Assembly (NCBI RefSeq): GCF_000315625.1
Contig: NW_005434520.1
Coordinates: 63,489-127,488 of the forward strand
From: Guillardia theta CCMP2712
Lineage: Eukaryota; Protista; Cryptophyta
Length of the DNA stretch: 64,000 nucleotides
Direction of reading: 5' to 3'
Shown here: positions 58,686 to 64,000 of the stretch, one piece after another
How the letters are laid out: every line of letters starts with the position of its first letter
How positions within the stretch are numbered: the first letter of the stretch is position 1
Program-made: the position numbers and the translations under genes
Notes under the pieces: generated by a model
Database searches by the model: none
What the model saw: only the letters and a program-made list of their open reading frames with translations
Told to the model about the DNA's origin: nothing

Positions 58686-61103
58686 CATTCCGTTCCAATC
58701 GGCCCCTTCTGGAATCTTTAGTACCAGGGCGTTTTGTTTGTACTGCCTTTAAAATACTTGTTCCAAAGCGTTGTGGTATTTGTACGGAGGTCCTCAGGGC
58801 TCCCCATACATGAGGTTGTACCACAAAAGTCCCTCATTTTCTGTGAGGTTCGCATGGGTGGTTTCAGATAGTTTAGAGAACCCGTACGTTTCCCTCCGTC
58901 AGAGTCAGGGTGGGGTGGATCGGATTCAAGGGAGGAAGGATGAAATCTTAAAAGTATGGGCTCTCCGTACTGGAATTGGCGTCCAAAAGTATCATGTTCG
59001 ATTACCGGTAAGTGGTCAAACAGCACCCACCCCTGTGGTCCATAGCTCAATGACCCTCTCGCAAGGGAAATTTGAATCAAATTACTTTGACCAAAGCTAG
59101 TACCCCCTACCTTTGAAAAAGCCTGAGTAGATGGAAATCGGAAGGTAGGGGTGGGTCAATTCCCCAACCCCACACGCCTTCTGCTTGAGCCACGACAAGG
59201 AGCGATGGCCATGATACCATGAGGACGTGTTGCAATCGAATTTTCATGCGTGTATGCTTCGAATCATGTTGTATTGTTGCATAGATACAAGAAGGGTCTT
59301 GAAAAGAACCTACCTTGCATGAATGCAGCTCTGTTGTGGTGATGAACCAAGTGCAATGGATTCAAACTTCGATGTATGTCAACGCTTTTCGAAGTCAGGG
59401 AACATGTTGATCGTTAGCGAGATCTTGATTCATCTCAGCCAATATCTAAGTCAACTGCTGTCAAAGGAACTGGGGGATATGGCCCATCAACTTTAGACTT
59501 GAATGACAGCCATCAATGTTATTATCAGAAAGAGAGCAGTTGCATCAACAAGCTGTGTTAGGCAAGTTACTGATTCTAATGCATGACTACATGTCTAGAA
59601 TGTTTGTCAATCCAAAAGTTCTTGGATTGTTGCCGTGTCATTGTGGATATCCTGGCCCATGCACTGATGCCCTTATTTGTCGAATCGCAAAGCTGCAAGT
59701 GAGCATTCGCCTCGTCTGTTTGTTAACAGGCATGCATGTACACAATGTAGCAACAAAAGATGAGTTTGAGGTCATTCAATTATCTACTGCCCGTCCCTTC
59801 CGCCCTATTTTGAAGCAATCCAAGACTGATACCCAAGAAGCAAGAAAACTTCTTGTATTTTGTGCGGTGTCACCCAGGTGGCAATGATCACATACTTGAA
59901 CATCGGGGTTCAAATGCACAAGGAAGGATGGGCTTATTGATCGTGTAGATGCAGTCCAGTAATGAACATGTCTATTTTCAATAAAAGATTCGAACTAGCA
60001 TGCGCAGTGGCAAGGTTTCTCCTCTGTTGATCGACTTTCAACAGAAACATGCAAGTCTTTTAGTACAAGCACGCATATGCCGCACATGTGTGTCCCAAGA
60101 CATATGAATGTTTGGCATCATGTCAAAGCCTTGCCAACACTGAGGCCCTGGAAATTTGAACACATGTTCGAAAAGCCTGATTTTGTCAAAACTCATATTC
60201 ATTTCATCAAGACTTCATACATGATCTCAACTCTACTCACGGAACATCTTCATCTGAAAATTTCGGCAATTGAAAGTTTACAAGGAATTCATCTGCACCG
60301 TAACAAATTTGACAGCCTCAGAGCAATGCATCAGCACTGCTCTCCTAATTGAAAACGCATCTGGCTTGAATTCTTTGCTGTTAATCACTGCGAAAAGTTT
60401 TCTCCCTTCTACATAGTGCATCAGACAGCCTGCTCTGAAGAAAAACTCTAAAGCTGAAATACTGTGCTAGGAATGTATTCGAGTCTTTGAAATCTTGCAG
60501 CAATCAAAGCTCACCGAGGATTTACATCTTGTTGATTTACAAGTTGTTGGTGGACATGAGAACAGGTTGACAAGTCACTGGCTCGACTCAAATACATTCA
60601 CATCCAACACACTCCATAATTGTGCATGAGTAATGACGCTACAATAATAACGATTTTGCCCCATCATCGCAAGGAGCAATAAGTGGCAAAATTGAACAAC
60701 CAACATCAAATCACTTCTGTATACACCGATTTCATAGACAAACCTACACCATGCATCAAATACTGATTTGGAATATGCTAACCTTGATCAAAACCATTCT
60801 CCGAAAAGCAACCATGGCATAGAAACATGTTGTTTGTAAGAGATGGAACCCTCATTCGTGCTTCTCTGAAGCATGACCATTGCAAAAATTTTCACAGGCA
60901 CGGCGCGCGCCGGGGAATTACGGTGGGCTTGAGCGGGGAGATGGCCCAAAATTGTGCGAAAAGGATTCTTTTCGTTAGATAATAATATTTCAGAACCTTT
61001 TTCAATCGCAGTACAAAATTTCAGAACCGTGAAATCAAAATATTTGAGAATAAGAACCCCTTTCGATACGTGAAAAATTCCAGAAGGGAATTGGAACGGA
61101 ATG
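58686..61103. mobile_element. Non-autonomous TIR element with CATTCC ends inserted in the non-LTR element
   Basis: Left cattccgttccaatcggccccttctggaat vs right attccagaagggaattggaacggaatg (imperfect inverted repeat). The non-LTR reading frame resumes right after it. No clean TSD. Confidence 0.75.
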
Positions 61104-61228
61104 AGAATTTCAGGAGGCTAAGGGTGGATGACACGGAATGGGAAGGCATCAAGACAGCAGCAATCAAGCAACTGCTGGCGGTACAACATACGCTATGGAC
61201 GGCAAGAAGGGTAAGAGAGTCGATGTAG
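61104..61228 (+). mobile_element. C-terminal end of the non-LTR ORF
   Basis: 'NFRRLRVDDTEWEGIKTAAIKQLLAVQHTLWTARRVRESM*' continues 'GSIMEREW'. Confidence 0.7.
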
Positions 61229-64000
61229 TCCGATGGGGGCAGGCGCGGCTCACATTACGTTCGCTTGTTGGTTTTGGGGTTCTTTTTCCTGTGGGGCTCT
61301 GATACAGGCGTGGTAGAGTTTGAAGAGGGAAATGCACAGGGGTGGGTCCTGTAATACTAATTTATTTGTTTTAATGGTACAAATTACAATACTTTTAAGA
61401 GTCCAGCATTTTATGATGGTAGACCCCCCGAGCCCCCCCCCCCTCCCTTCAGCCCTCTCGCGATGGTGCAGGGATATGCACAACGCTAATCAATGACGAA
61501 GACGGATAGACCATCAAGATTCGAAGTTAATGTCGATGAGATATCTTGATAGCACGGTCGTTGTGTTGCTTTTGTGAATACAATCATCATTATCGTAATC
61601 TAATCTTGCAAGTTCAGAATCAAGCACCATCCAAGTGTTGCTGTGATGATTTTTCATTCGCATAGTCGACAATGTTATGTTTTATCAATAAACAAATGCT
61701 TGAGATGTAAAGTATTGCACTAGATATCCAGTGCTGTTTGTCAAAGCAGCTCAACCTTCACTCGTGCCCTCACAAACAAGATGGGACAACGAGCATCCTG
61801 CTCTTGCCTCATCATAGTGTAATCAAGGATTTTGATTTTGCATAGTTCAAGATATTTGATGTTAGAAATTTTGTGCCTCAGATTTACAGTATACATTTGA
61901 ATGGGAGCGGCAACATGTTTCACGGGCATTGGCAAGGTGTATGAACATCCAACTAGGGTCACGAAAGCATGAACTGAGCTGAGTGTACGTGTTCTATCAA
62001 GCACGATTCAAAGCTCATGGCCCTGCTTTGAAGCGCGGTTCGTTCGGAACCTTGCAACCTGCATGCTGTGGACTGATATGATGTTCAGAACTCTAGAGTG
62101 TTGTAGACAGTAGCAGCTTCGCATGCAGCGAGTAGCAATACTCTGTAACACGATTGTTCTCGGTCAAGGCATCAACAGACGGTACGCATTTCATTAAGCA
62201 TGATTTGGAATTAGTTTACTTGCAAGAGAACTCCTGTGCACATGACTCTGCAACTGCGCTGGAAAGTTGCATGCAGATCTCAGCATGATGATGTGACGCA
62301 GAAAAGCTCACTCCATACAGGTTGTCAACTCTCACGATGTAAGGATATGAAGTCAAGCTATGTATGCAACATTGAGATACGTTGCTTCAGAAGTGATCCA
62401 CTGTCATGAATTCTCATGAATTCATTCAAATCGTCTTTTCTCCACATGTTGAGCACCAACAGCAAGTATTCGATACACTTAGATCATCCCTACATAATTT
62501 TCTTTTGTCGTAAAACTTGTCTGCTGTCGATATCGTCACGAGCATGTAATATCTTACATGTGTTCATTGTTCTGCTAGGAAGGAAGGTGCCAAGGAAAAA
62601 AATGCCGTGTTGCTTGTTCATGTGGATGCACGATGCTTACCTGATACACAAACATGAGAAGATCAATCTTCACTTGATCTCAGCCTCACCGTGATTCGTG
62701 ATGGGATCTGTTTTTGAGAAACAGATTGCCGCTAACAGTTTGCACGTCTTCAACAATGTTGTTCAAGCTGGAATTGGGGTTCTAAACAATCTAGACAATA
62801 TAACGTCTGTCATCAACCTGTATGTGGAGTAGCAATGCCAACCTGAGTGCATCACCACATGTAATATGTGCAAGTGCAGCGTTGAAAAGGGCAGAGCTTT
62901 GGGCATCCTGATCCATGCACGATGACTGCTCGCCGGGAAGCAGGATCTGTCACTAAAGTATCAGAGTTGCAAAGTGAGCATGCATACCACTCAAACCCAC
63001 CATCTTTGATTCTCATGTTTGACCTTTGTCACCATGTTGGTCTTGGCATCTTTCAGTAGCCTGATGGTCGCTGGATGGGCAACATTCATCATGCATCGAG
63101 AGGGAGGGATGGGTTGGGGATTCCTTACCACCCACCCCCTGATCCCAAGATTGAGTGCCGTATCGACCACCCTCCTGTTTTAGGGAATTATGACACATGA
63201 GCAAGGGTGGGTACCTTACGTTAAAGTTCAAATTTTGAATACACGCCTCTGACCAGGGGTTATGCCTGCTGTATCCAACAGAGAAAAGCATGGGTGGGTC
63301 GATAGGATTTTCGGTACTGTTCTTGTACCACGAAGGCGTGTAGAATTGATTTTATTGTCGTCATGCAGTACAGTTTGAATCTAAGAATAGCACGCCGCCG
63401 ATACAAATTTCTGCATGCAAATACTTGGAATAAAAGGTTCACAACCTACCCTTGCCCCAGCCAAGTCGCCCACCCGACCTACTCTTTTCCCATGGGAGAG
63501 TGAGGGTGGGGTCTACTCCAGGCAAGGGCAGAAGACCCCCACTGCCCAGGCGCCATCAGGGGGGGAAGGACTGGTACAAATTGCAATTAGAGCCGTGTCC
63601 ATGATTAGTACCAGAAGGACAGGATCGAGAATTAACTAAAGCTATAAGCGAACGTAATGGTCAAACCTGGTTCCCGTCAGGGACCTCAACTTACTAGCAT
63701 CGCGGTCCCGCTTGTCTGCCTTGTCAGCTACTAGGATGGGCTTAGGTCCGAGGCCCTCACGCAGAATACTGCCAATCTTCTCAGCCGCTCGCGATATAAA
63801 AAAGTCTTGTCTCAGTCACGTGATGTGTCACGTGACCGGTCAGGTGAGCCTGTCAGCCGGGTCACGGCCCCTGTCAGCCGGCTGACATGTCACGGGCCTG
63901 CTGACACGGTCCGCTGACCGGTCACGGCCGCCCGGAGAGATCAGGCCCCCGGCCAATCTCCGGAGACGGCATATAAAGTCCCCCGGCTTTGATAGACTCG

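Noticed and set aside
61300-63640. Another TIR element or decayed gene
   Set aside because: Only weak end similarity, no TSD and no interpretable ORF.

Overview
Eukaryotic nuclear DNA with short (~45-55 nt) GT-AG introns, microsatellite-expanded introns and a bipartite plastid-targeting leader. This fits an alga with a complex plastid, most likely a cryptophyte such as Guillardia (inference). The left ~25.6 kb is gene-dense: NASP/Sim3 histone chaperone, a 9-PAS multi-receiver hybrid histidine kinase, a Sel1-repeat protein, a ZNF511-like zinc finger, a plastid-type TerC fused to two EF-hands, and a PPR-like protein. The right ~38 kb is a nested transposon island. It holds a Crinkler-like NTPase/nuclease, a piggyBac remnant, a tandem segmental duplication with a ~150-bp satellite, a complete MULE (9-bp TSD) encoding a Ulp1 protease, Crypton-like tyrosine recombinase debris, and a rearranged RLE-type non-LTR element. 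A chromovirus (identical 228-bp LTRs, 5-bp TSD, -1 frameshift signal) sits inside that non-LTR element. The best candidate for an undescribed system is nested in the chromovirus gag: a 5.3-kb DNA transposon (52550-57880) with 25-bp CATTCTG TIRs and a 3-bp TSD. It encodes an uninterrupted RAG1/Transib-like transposase and a convergent, tail-to-tail partner gene with a BAH-like segment. Family calls come from motif recognition by eye, with no database searches. Boundaries of spliced genes are approximate.
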